This document shows positions 11,237-21,097 of a stretch of DNA of 64,000 bases, piece after piece (the stretch's first letter is position 1; the number at the start of each line of letters is the position of its first letter). The notes under the pieces are model-generated. The model saw nothing but the letters and a program-made list of their open reading frames with translations. It made no database searches and was not told where the DNA came from. Both the position numbers and the translations under genes were made by a program. Source of the DNA: Alphaproteobacteria bacterium (GTDB lineage Bacteria > Pseudomonadota > Alphaproteobacteria > MPNO01 > UBA830); NCBI GenBank assembly GCA_964291215.2, contig OZ219791.1, positions 1 through 64,000 of the forward strand, read 5' to 3'.

Positions 11237-12750
11237 GGTCATGTGCATCGAGGATTTCGTGTCATCATCGGGTGCGGACGCCGCTGGCGACGTGCCGCAG
11301 TCGTCGTGTCGTGATTCGGCCACCTGGAAGTCCCTGTACGATCGCAAGCGTATTCGAGCCGAGGCGGCGGAGGGGCGCTGTGAGGAGCTGCGCTTGCAGG
11401 AGGTGGAGGGGCCGCGCGAATTCCCTGAAGGCGATTTTCGAGAGCAATCGCGAGAAGCTGTCAGCTGCCCGTGCGGAGGTCAGGGAAATTCGGCGGACGG
11501 CGAAGCAGTCTCTTGCGCTGAAGCAGGAGGTTGCATGTCCGGGCCAGCTTCTTGCCGAGGCCGGCGCGCGGAAGCGGTCGACGGTGGTATCGCTGCGCAT
11601 GGAGAATGCCAGCCTGAAGCCCGCGATGAAGGTTCTGAAGGATCGGGGCGGAGAACGACAAGCTTGGTTCGAACAGGTCGTACGGGCGCAAGAGCGAGAA
11701 GAGGCAGCGGGCGTCATCGAAGCGCGGCCAGCAGCGCGGCACTCCTGGCCGCGGCCGGCGCTCGAGGAGGTGGAGGGCGGCTGGAGGTGGCGGAGAACGC
11801 CTGCTCGTGCTGCGTTGCCAACGGTTCGCACTAGGACCATCGAGATCAGGGCGCACAAGCGGCGGATTGTCCGTCCGCGCCGGGGCTGTGACTGCCCCGG
11901 TTCACCGAGCGAGGTGGCGGCCGGCACCGCATTCGGGTGTGGATGCATGTGCTGCACGAGCACGTGCATGCGGCCCTTGCGCCGCGTCCAGGGGCTTTCG
12001 CCGGGAACGCTGGCCAGCGAGCCGGATGCTGCCCCTGTTCGAGCCGCTTCGGGACGCGATCCCCGCGCACCGGGGTCTGCGCCATGCCGATGCATCCGGG
12101 CCCTGAGGGAGGTCCGGAAGTCGCGCCTGGCTCCGGACATCGGTCAGCCGTGACGCGGTTTTCTTCTACCCCTCGCGCAGCGCCGAGGTCGCGGCGAAGC
12201 TGTTTGCGGACGCCCCCATGTCTGCGACCGCTACGGTGCCTGCAAGAAGCTGGCGCGCCTGTGGCCCTTCATCATCCTGTGCTGTTGCCGGGCGCATTGT
12301 CGACGCGACTTTCCGGACTGCGCCGGCCGCAGCTGGAGGGGTGGGCGGACGAACGGGTCGATCGCGGAGATCTGCCGCCTGAACACGGCTCGACTGCCTT
12401 GCTTCCGGCGACGTTCGAGACCGCGCAGGCGGCGCTGGAGACTGCGGTCGCCGCGCTGTTTGCGGAAGCGCCGAGGCTTCCGAAAGCGGCGCCGGAAGGC
12501 AGGCCGCTGCGCTCAACCATCGCGTGTTCGTCGACCATGGACAACAATTTCGGGGAAAGGGCTGTCAGGGGCCCGGGCGGAAGCCCGGCTTCGGTTCCGA
12601 CAGCATGGACGGCTGTCATGTACACGGCACGGTCGCGAGGGGCGGCCTCGACATTCTGCGCTGGCGCCTGCGCGGAGAACGGCGGCCCGGCGATCTGTCG
12701 CCCTGGTTGCCGTGAGCCCGGAGAGGCGGCGGAGATTCGCAGCGCCGCCG
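11237..12750 (+). pseudogene. IS66 TnpC-like transposase, many frameshifts
   Basis: Coiled-coil N-terminus, Cys zinc-finger remnant, DNN.GERAVRG motif; boundaries approximate. Confidence 0.75.
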
Positions 12751-13127
12751 TGAGGTCGAGGGCGCGACTTCATGGTCGCGCAGTGCTGCGACGATCACGG
12801 AGCGGATCCCATCGCCCGCGCCTTCTGCCGCCGCCAGCCCCGCCGGCCCCGAAGCTGATCACGTCGGACACCGCCGCCCCTAAGACCCTTGACGAGCTAT
12901 TGCGGTAGGGAACCGGGTTCCCCGGTCCCCCCGCACAGATCCGGACGTGCGCTGTTCGCATCCGGCTCCTCCCTCAGGTCTGACGACAAGACGCTGATCT
13001 GTCGTATGCGCTCGGCCGCCTGTGACCCGCTTTCCCGCTTCTGAGCGCGGCGCGGGCCAACCGCATTGCCCTTCCCTCCAGCAACTCAGCAGGCTCCGAA
13101 GAACCCTTGTTCGCCGCCTTCGACGGT

Positions 13128-14815
13128 GTCGGGGAGGCGCCCCGCAGGGCTGGCCTCCGTCCGCCGCTCAAACGGCCCTTTCCCGTAAGCCGCTTTCACA
13201 GAGGTGTCTCTTCGAAGGTTCAAGGAAGGGATCACAAGCGAACAAGCCCGTACTCAGCTTGCGCTCCGGCAGCTGTTTCCAGCCGGCGTTACGCTTGCGA
13301 CGATGCAGCCGCCGAACGATCCAGCCGTCAAGCTGGTGGAAGAGCTTGCGGACCTTGCAGTAGTATTGGCCCCAACCCCCTGGGTTGATCTCATCGATCA
13401 ACTCCTGCGTACTGACAGGAGCTTTGCGCCGGGCTGGTCCTTGAAGTGCTGGTTCGCACGGGGAACCGCATCCCCCGCTCTTGATCTTCGAGGCGTGCAG
13501 CCGGAGTGGCTTCTTGCCCTGCTTGATCTTGTAGCCGAGGAACTCGAACCCGTGCCTGGGTTCGGATCTTCCCGGCATTCAGGGTTACTCCCAGCTTGCC
13601 GTTTGGCCAATGCCGCGTGAGCTTCCTCGCGCACGTCACCAGCCAGTCGTCAGCAGTCAATCGATAGCTGCCGCATTTCCCAATCAAACGGTGTCAGCAA
13701 GATGTTACTGAGCAGCGCTGATACAACACCGCCCTGTGGAGTGCCCGTCTCGGTCGGCAGCCTTTTTCCTTCAGCCACCACCGTGAGCATCGCAGGCCCA
13801 ACCATCCGAGACGCGCCGGTTCACAAGCTCAAGACGCTTCGCGTGGGGATCCGAAGAAAAATCCGCGTCAACAACCCACTCCCGGCCCTCTCCTTCCATA
13901 TCTTGCGTAGTGCGGGCGGACCTCCCTTGCCGATACCCGAAGTTGGCATCATCGAAAATCGGCTCCAGCCGGTTCAGCAGCGCCTGCTGACACACCCAAT
14001 CGTCGGGATGCCAAGTAGATTCCCCGGCTGGCCCGCCTTGGGAAGTTGGAGAACCGGCTGCGGACCGTACCCGCAACTCTCGGTGCAAGCGATCGAGACA
14101 AGCGATGCCTCAAACGCCCCTCTCCATCCACGCCACCGCGCTTGACCTTCGGCCACCTCAAGATTCTTCCGCTTGTACACCTTCAGTGAGTGGACCTTCC
14201 TTTCTCCCGTCAGGCCAGTCTCCTCGGCCCATGACGTCCGGGCTCATGGAACTTGTCCGCGTCATGATCCTTACTCGCTCCTTCACCGCCTCTCACCAAC
14301 CACCTCTGCCAACCGCCTTCCCCGCCGCTCGCGCGGCTTTCGCCGGGCTTTATTCGGTTTGCTCGCCGCGCATCCTTTCCTACTTCGCCTCTCAGGGGCC
14401 GGTGCCACCCGGGAACACGACGAGCCCTCCTGGGGTCACGTCCAGATCTTTCGTCGTTCGCAAACACCTTGGTGCGACGGGTGAGTAAGAACGCCTTCGC
14501 CGCCATAGTGCTGGCTCGACCTTGCCCCGTCTTTGGCCAACCGATTCATCATGGGCCCTCGATTACGGCCCGGTACTTCTCCGCAGGCCCTTCAGCTCAC
14601 GGTGGACACCCTGCCCTCCGGTTGTCTCTCGACAGTGAATCAACTTAGCTCTTCCCTTGGCAGTTTCCGTCGTTTCCAACTTCGTGCCCGTTCAGGGCGT
14701 CGCTTATTCGCTCACCCCGGCCAGCGAGGAATTACCCCCGCTTTTGGATATGGCGCCCCTTACCCGAGCGCCAGTGGGACTTGAACCCACCTGATCTGGG
14801 CGCTGCCCAGCACAC
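13128..14815 (-). ncRNA. Group II intron B (nested, carries a degraded RT/maturase ORF)
   Basis: 5' GTGTG at 14815; domain V aaagcggcttacgggaaa...ccgtttgagcggcgg; 3' end cctccccgAC at 13128. Confidence 0.85.
13200..14230 (-). pseudogene. ltrA: Group II intron reverse transcriptase/maturase, frameshifted
   Basis: VCQQALLNRLEPIF, FGYRQGRSA, GTPQGGVVSALLSNI, FEFLGY, GWGQYY fragments; catalytic region reads RLTADDW (residues before ADD lost). Boundaries approximate. Confidence 0.85.
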
Positions 14816-14821
14816 ACCATG

Positions 14822-15683
14822 GTCGGGTAGGCCGCTGGCGCGCGCATCCGTAGGCAGAGGCTTTGTCCGTCACCGCTCTTTCGATTGCGGGCGGGGTCGC
14901 TGAACTACCATAGACCACGTTTCCAGCAGCCCCCCTAAAATTCCGTACGTCCGGTTTTCCCGGTTCAAGCATCAGGCACCCACTTGGAGTTCGGTGCGGA
15001 GCCTTCCGCCGGACGCGCCATGGTCAAGGCTGACCCAACCATACCCACGGCATCTCCGAGCGTTTGCTCCGTCCTTCGGCCTTGCAGTCTGTCGGTCTGA
15101 GTACCGACTTGACCTGCCGCATAGGCCACCTGAGCCCTGAGGTCCTCGCTCAGGACGGGTTGTGTTGTCCCGCCCGTCAACGCTTAATCGACCTCATCCG
15201 CCAGTCAGGAGGACTCCGCGTCCTTTCCCAGTCCTGGTTATAGACGCGGTCCTTGACATTCAAGGGTCACTTCATCCTGTCTGTCCTCCTCACCTTCCGA
15301 TCTTTCACCGCTGTACTGTCCCGGATTGCCGCCGTCTCTACCACCGGGGAACCCGATGCGTGCTCTCCAGTTCTTCCGCATCGACTCTGGCCATCGGGCT
15401 ATCGGCAGGCCCTTGGCATTCCCGTTTACCCCACTAATCAGCTTCATGTGGGAAATCAATTTCGGGGCTTCATCCAATCGTTCGCTTTCGCTACGGCCCT
15501 CCGGTTTGCTCGCCGCCCTGGCTGACCGAACCGGCTGGACACTGCGTTCCAGCCAGCCCACAACGGCTTCTACATCCCAGCTCGCTGGTCCACGGTCACC
15601 CCTGAACCAATGCTACGGCGCCAAACTGGAAATTGCGCCGGCGGGACTCACACCCGCAAGTACAGCAGCTAGACTCGCTGCAC
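14822..15683 (-). ncRNA. Group II intron C (nested, ORF-less)
   Basis: 5' GTGCA at 15683; domain V-like ...cgggaaaaccggacgtacggaattttagggggg; long domain VI ending ctacccgAC at 14822. Confidence 0.8.
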
Positions 15684-16496
15684 GCCGAATCTGACTTCTC
15701 GTTCATCATCGGTTTACGGAATTTCCTCTGCGACCCCTCTACGACAGTGGGGCAAGACCTCCCAGGTCCCTGCTTCGGCCATGGTTCTCGGACCCCGCGA
15801 AGCCCCCCTCACCAACGCGGCTCGTTGCCTTCGGCCACGACCTCGGCACTCCGGTTTCAAAGCATCTCGTGGCTCAATAGCCCGGCCTGCCGCTCACCAA
15901 CGCTTCGCCTCACGACGCATGGTTCACGGAGAAATTAGCCTCTCTTCCTGCCGGGACTCTTACCCGGCGACATCCTACCAGTTAGCTTGGCGCACCCGCC
16001 CGCTGACACTACCTCGGATACACGCGCCTCGGCACCGCAGATGCGCTACGCGGTCCATGACCGGAACGGCGAGCCGCTGCTTCTCGACCGCCGCATGGAG
16101 CGCGCGCTGCAACACCCCGCCCGTGCCCTGCGAGACCTTGGTCGAGGTCCCGTGCCGCGGCGTCTGCCAGGCCGGATCCGCGTCGGAACAACCAACGGGC
16201 GCGGCCGCTACGACCGACATGACAGAAGCCGAAGAAGGACACCTGGCCCGCTCCGCAAGGACTGGAAGCGGACCCTCAATCGCTGAACCCCGCAACCGGC
16301 ACGGGATGGCGCTCAGCTCCTCCTCCGCAGCGCCGGGACAAAGCGCAACCAATGCGGAAAACACGGCATGGCGCCAGTGCCCCTCACCGCGCATCCCGGT
16401 GCACGAAACCGCTCCGGATGACGCTGGAATTCCCTGACAAAAGCCCGTCAAACGGACGAAAACAACAACACCTCACCGCACGAACAAACGCTTACC

Positions 16497-18425
16497 CCCT
16501 GATTTCGGCGGCAGAATCTCTCCAAGCGGTTGATCTTGTTGGTAAAATGGCGCGGAGGCGGTACTAAATTATTCCCCTGTAAAGGTATAATAGTCTGTTG
16601 ATATTAAAGGCCTGATCCTCTATATAAGTTGTCATGTATGTAGACATCGTCCCCAACCGCAATTCGCCCCCCGCCGTCCTCCTGCGCGAAGGATGGCGCG
16701 AGAACGGAAAAGTCAGGAAACGCACCATTGCCAATCTCTCCTCCTGGCCCATGGAGAAGGTGGAGACCCTACGGCGTCTCTTGAAGAACGAACCCCTGGT
16801 TAGCCGTACCGATGCCTTCGACATCGTCCGCTCCCTTCCTCATGGCCATGTGGCCGCGGTGCTGGGAACCCTGAAGAAACTGGGCCTGGACCGGCGGATC
16901 GACCCGAAGCCTTCTCCCGAGCGCGATCAGGTTCTCGCCCTGATCGTGGCGAGGATCCTGGCACCCGCTTCGAATCTGGCCCGAGGGCTGGCCGAGGCCA
17001 CCGCGGCGAGTACCTTGGGCGAGATCCTCGAGGCGGAAGGGGACGAGGACGACCTCTACGACGCCATGGACTGGCTCCTGGAGCGTCAGGAGAGGATCGA
17101 GCGGTCTCTGGCGAAGCGGCACCTCGAAGAGGGCTGTCTGGTGCTGTATGACCTGACCTCGGTGTGGATGGAGGGACGAAAGTGTCCCTTGGCCCGACGC
17201 GGGCACTCCCGGGATGGCAAGAAGGGCAAGCTGCAGATCGAGTTCGGCCTTCTGTGTGATCGGGACGGGTGTCCGGTGTCGGCGCGGGTGTTCCCCGGTA
17301 ACACGGCGGATCCGGCCACGGTGTCCTCACAGATCGCCACGCTGCGGGAGCGGTTCTCCTTTGCGAAGGTGGTACTGGTGGGGGACCGGGGGATGCTGAC
17401 CGAGGCGCGCATCCGCGAGGAGGTGAAGCCTGCGGGCCTGGACTGGATCAGCGCCTTGAGGGGACCGGCCATCCGTTCACTGGTGGAGGCCGGCGACATC
17501 GAAATGTCGCTCTTCGACGAGAGAGACCTGGTGGAGATCACCAGCAATGCGTATCCCGGCGAACGCCTCATGGTGTGCCGCAACCCGCTGCTGGCCGAAG
17601 ATCGGGCTCGCAAGCGCCAGGAACTGCTCGAGACCACCGAGGCCCTGCTCGAACCGATTGCCGCGGCGACCCGGCGCGAGAAACGCCGCCTCCGGGGGGC
17701 CGAGAAGATCGGAGAGCGGGTCGGCAAGGTCCTCGGCCGGTACAAGATGGCCAAGCACTTCACGTGGTCCGTCGACGAGGACGGGGCCTTCACCTGCCAG
17801 CGAAACGAGGCCTCCATCGCCGCCGAGGCCCGGCTCGACGGTCTCTGCGTAGTCCGCACCAGCCTGCCGGAGAGCGAACTCGACGGTCCCGGCACGGTGC
17901 GCGCCTGCAAGCGGTTGAGCTCCGTGAAACGGGCCTTCCGCAGTCTCAAGGACCTGAAAGTCCGTCCCGTCTACCGCCACACCGAGCCTCGGGTCCGGGC
18001 CCATGTCTTCCTGTGCATGCTCGCCTACTACGTCGAATGGCACATGCGTCAGAGATTGAAGCCCCTGCTGTTCGAGGACGAGGATGGCGAAGGCGCCGAG
18101 GCCCGGCGGCCGTCCATCGTGGCACCGGCAAGGGTATCGGAGAGCGCCCGGGCCAAGGCCGGCAGCAAGCGGAACGCTGACGGAGATCCGGTGCACAGTT
18201 TCCGCACGCTCCTCGGCGACCTTGCCACTCTCACCCGCAACACCGTGGCTCCCCGCCTTGCAGGCGCCGACCCCTTCCAGGTCACCACACGCCCCACCTC
18301 ACTTCAGAGAAAGGCCCTGGACCACCTCGGCGTGCGCCTGTAGCGTTCCCAGTAGCGACACACCCGATTCTCTCGAACGTCAATACATTCATAATGATAC
18401 GTCTTATTGTGACTGGAACTTCGGT
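16497..18425 (+). mobile_element. IS1634-family element
   Basis: Encloses the IS1634 transposase; short weak IRs (cctgatttcgg / ccgaagttcc), so ends are approximate. Confidence 0.7.
16634..18343 (+). CDS. IS1634-family transposase (open, but with apparent small in-frame deletions)
   Basis: MYVDIVPNRNSPPAVLLRE, LYDLTS, GHSRDGK, VGDRGM, RVRAHVFLCMLAYYV. Confidence 0.92.
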   Translation: MYVDIVPNRNSPPAVLLREGWRENGKVRKRTIANLSSWPMEKVETLRRLLKNEPLVSRTDAFDIVRSLPHGHVAAVLGTLKKLGLDRRIDPKPSPERDQVLALIVARILAPASNLARGLAEATAASTLGEILEAEGDEDDLYDAMDWLLERQERIERSLAKRHLEEGCLVLYDLTSVWMEGRKCPLARRGHSRDGKKGKLQIEFGLLCDRDGCPVSARVFPGNTADPATVSSQIATLRERFSFAKVVLVGDRGMLTEARIREEVKPAGLDWISALRGPAIRSLVEAGDIEMSLFDERDLVEITSNAYPGERLMVCRNPLLAEDRARKRQELLETTEALLEPIAAATRREKRRLRGAEKIGERVGKVLGRYKMAKHFTWSVDEDGAFTCQRNEASIAAEARLDGLCVVRTSLPESELDGPGTVRACKRLSSVKRAFRSLKDLKVRPVYRHTEPRVRAHVFLCMLAYYVEWHMRQRLKPLLFEDEDGEGAEARRPSIVAPARVSESARAKAGSKRNADGDPVHSFRTLLGDLATLTRNTVAPRLAGADPFQVTTRPTSLQRKALDHLGVRL

Positions 18426-18426
18426 T

Positions 18427-18499
18427 GTAAGCGTTCGTTCATGCGGTGAGGTGTTGTTGTTTTCGTCCGTTTGACGGGCTTTTGTCAGGGAGTTCCAGC
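18427..18499 (-). mobile_element. Isolated right end of another IS66 copy, inverted, truncated by IS30
   Basis: Near-perfect reverse complement of 16423-16495. Confidence 0.85.
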
Positions 18500-19670
18500 C
18501 CCACTTCCAGTCTGAAGTGCAACACCCGGCCCTCATCGCAGTGAGGGCCGGGTGTTGCACAAGTTTTCCTCCTCTGCCCCTCTCGATTCCGCCTGGAAAC
18601 AGCTTCAGTTCCTTCAACATCGAGCTTATGCAACGCCTTTGTCGGCTTCAAGCCACTATTTCCCCGTCGCGCGGCATGGACCCTGCTGCACGTTGCGGCT
18701 TTGGAACATGGCGCAGATGGTCAGCGCGGTTTCACTTCAAGATTACCTCCGTCGGCGATCCCAGGACTTTCCGAGTGTTGAGCCGATCCTGTACCTTCTG
18801 AACATCTTCGTTGCATGTCGCGCGAAAGTCCGTGCCCTTCGGGAAGTACTCCCGCACCAGGCCGTTGGTGTGCTCATTCAAGCCGCGCTCCCAAGAATGG
18901 AAAGGCGAAGAAGAAATCTGCGTCAAGTGCGACACGCCTGTGGTCTGCGAACTCCTTGCCGTTGTGATTGTGTGGACCAATAGCGCACCAGAGCCGAGCA
19001 TCATGACCGAACCAACCGTGTCTTTCTGTCCACCCAGCAAGGCGTATTTCGTGGCACGAGCGACACGACAGCTCCACTGTGAGCTTTGCCGATGATGGCT
19101 CCCAGTCGCCGACCCGTTCCTTTGCCTCCGCAGGGCGCTCGGAAATGTCCACCCGGCCGGAATGGCATCCGTCCTTCCAGTTCGGCTTCTTGCCGCGCCG
19201 CCGAAGCTTCAAGACGCCCCCGGCTCTCCGATCTTCGGCGATCATGAATCCGTTGCCGACCCACGGCCTTCCAGTCGAAAACGGCCGCTGCTCGGGGCCC
19301 TCCCGCAGCTTTTTCTGAGCTTCAACCCGAGGCGTCAACCGCCAGGAAACAGACGAGGCTGCCCTGCGTTTCTGCCATCCTTTGCGCCTGCTTGTGACGG
19401 TAACCCCGTCCCCCGGTGTTGCGCTTGATCTCCCGGAAAATTGTTGATCGGCCCAGCTGCCGAGCAATCGCACCTTGTGAAAGACCGCTTTTCTGCCTCA
19501 ATCTGACATCGCTCTTCACAGGCCAGGTGACGGTAGCCTTTGGACATGAACAAGCTCCCTCCATCTTGTACAGGAACTCTCGCCGCTGCTGGACAGCTCC
19601 GCAACATCATGCGTCTTAAAACACATGGCCACAGCCCATCATGTGTTGCACTTCAGACTGGAAGTGGGGC
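18498..19670 (-). mobile_element. IS30-family element, degraded transposase
   Basis: Perfect 28-bp IR gccccacttccagtctgaagtgcaacac (18498-18525 / 19643-19670); YRHLACEERCQI, IARQLGRSTIFREIKRN, HSWERGLNEHTNGLVREYFPKG. Confidence 0.92.
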
Positions 19671-19880
19671 ATGATCATGGATTTCAACAAGCAGGAAGGG
19701 GACAAGATCGAATTTATAGACATTCGCCGCGACGACTTGAACATCACGGCCGTGAACTTTAAGTGCCCCGGCCGTGACGATGTGGAAGGGGCAAAGATTA
19801 CCCTTAAAAATGGTGAAGATTGGAGTGTGATGCTGTACGATGTGGACGTGAACGAGCTGGAATTCAATTTCCTTGGTTGA
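19671..19880 (+). pseudogene. C-terminal remnant of an RTX/hemolysin-type Ca-binding secreted protein
   Basis: IMDFNKQEGDKIEF...AKITL..G....V.L.DV....L...F resembles an RTX C-terminal domain; begins exactly at the IS30 end. Confidence 0.6.
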
Positions 19881-19891
19881 TGGTCAAAGGA

Positions 19892-19914
19892 ACGGGCGGC
19901 CATAGGCCGCCCGT
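19892..19914. terminator. GC-rich hairpin, probable terminator
   Basis: acgggcggcc-ata-ggccgcccgt just downstream of the stop at 19880. Confidence 0.55.
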
Positions 19915-20030
19915 CTTCATCTCCGATTGTAACTCCGCTTTAACGGAAAATGGTCGCAAGCCGCAGGTCGGCTGCGCCTGCCAAGGGCGACGAAACGCAA
20001 GAAGTGTAACCGTGCGACGCTTACACTTGA

Positions 20031-20420
20031 TCAGTTCGCCATCAAGTTTGCAATCGCGGGCCCGACCCTCTCCGCCGCCGCCTCGATCTCGCGGTCTCCG
20101 ACATGGGCGTAGCGATGGTCATCCGCACGTTGTTGTGTCCGAGCAGGCGGGCGACGACCGGCAGCGGAACGCCGTTCATCGCGGCCTAGCTGGCTACGGT
20201 ATGGCGCAGGTCGTGCAGGCGCACATCCTCGATGCCGGCTTCGCACCGCACCCGATACCAGAGGCGGGGCTTGCTACCGGGGACGGGACGGGTCCCTGAC
20301 GGAGGGGAAGACCCAGGGGCCGTTTCCCTGCTGCATCCGGCGCGCGACGATCTCCCATGCCGGCGCGTTCAGCAGGACCGTTCTCGGTCCCGTCTTGGCG
20401 TCTGCAAGTTCGAGCCGGTC
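20031..20420 (-). pseudogene. Tyrosine (phage-type) integrase C-terminal remnant
   Basis: DAKTGPRTVLLN, VRLHDLRHTVAS*, RLLGH, RYAH..DREIEAAAERVG; internal stop and frameshifts. Confidence 0.85.
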
Positions 20421-20447
20421 GTCCCTCACTCGGTTTGCCGGGGCCGA

Positions 20448-20560
20448 TCAGAGCAACCCACGCTCGAGGAAGCTGACGGAGCCGGTCGGGGTGACGATCA
20501 GATGGTCGAGCAGCGTGACCTCGATGGTCTTGAGGGCGTCGCGGAGGCGGTCGGTCATGG
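20448..20560 (-). pseudogene. Duplicated 3' end of the radC-like gene
   Basis: MTDRLRDALKTIEVTLLDHLIV...ERGLL, near-identical to 25181-25293. Confidence 0.8.
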
Positions 20561-20850
20561 CAGCGCCGCGAGCATGGCCGTACCGGCCCTCGAAACGAGG
20601 CGCCGTCTTCCTGGCTGCCGAACCCGCTGAACCATATGTTCGACCGTTCCCGGGTTCCGCCGCCCTGGAGGCGCACGGCATGGGTGTCGAGCGTGATGCC
20701 GACGATCCGGCAGACGGTCTCGAAGTCGTCGAGGACATGGTCGTGCCATTCGTCGAAGAGGCCCTCGTCGCGATACCGGGCGCAGGCCTGCTCCTTCGCT
20801 GCGTCCGAAAGCTCGTCGATCGTGCAGACCGTGATCTCGATGACCTGGTC
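20561..20850 (-). pseudogene. Remnant of a conserved ICE/plasmid protein (often labelled antitoxin of toxin-antitoxin stability system)
   Basis: DELSDAAKEQA...DDFETVC..VG...VRLQGGGTR...IWFSGF.SQEDGASF pattern. Confidence 0.6.
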
Positions 20851-20972
20851 AGCCCTCCTGCGGACGGGGGTTGCGGGGGATGCCGGCCACGCGCACGAAG
20901 CGGACCGCCTCCCGGACGCGGCGGAGCGCGACGCGGTCGGCGCGGAACCAGTGGGCCGGCATGCGGGCAAAC

Positions 20973-21004
20973 CACGCAAAATGGGAACATTCCCATTTTG
21001 CGTG
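20973..21004. repeat. Palindrome with 15-bp arms at the RIT left end
   Basis: cacgcaaaatgggaa-ca-ttcccattttgcgtg. Confidence 0.9.
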
Positions 21005-21097
21005 TAATGGGAACCAGAGGACTATGGGAACCTTGATTCCCAACTCCCTGTGATCACGAGCTTATTCCGCTGATCAGGTTCACATAAGCATTCGAGC

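Larger units (their letters stand above)
12899..15995 (-). ncRNA. Group II intron A (outer host, ORF-less, ~547 nt without inserts)
   Basis: 5' GTGCG at 15995; domain V gagccggatgcg...cgcacgtccggatc; domain VI gggaccggggaacccggttccctaccgcaAT ending 12899; restored core aagtcagattcggc-catggt-accgtcgaagg. Confidence 0.85.
12751..16286 (+). pseudogene. DUF4338-like gene split by an antisense group II intron (segments ~12751-12898 and 15996-16286)
   Basis: HYLGYTRL, QMRYAVHDRNGEPL, CETLVEVP and IRVGTTNGRGRYDR fragments match the DUF4338 pattern. Confidence 0.65.
11132..16495 (+). mobile_element. IS66-family element carrying a DUF4338-like passenger and nested introns
   Basis: IRL gtaagcgttcgttcatgcggtga at 11132; IRR tcaccgcacgaacaaacgcttac ending 16495; TnpC fragments including MDNNFGERAVRG. 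Confidence 0.85.

Noticed and set aside
13200-14230. RT as a retron, DGR or CRISPR-associated RT
   Set aside because: It lies inside group II intron boundaries with a maturase X-domain remnant; no TR/VR pair or msr-msd recognised.
20031-20420. Integron integrase with a cassette array
   Set aside because: No IntI-specific patch visible and no attC-like repeats found.
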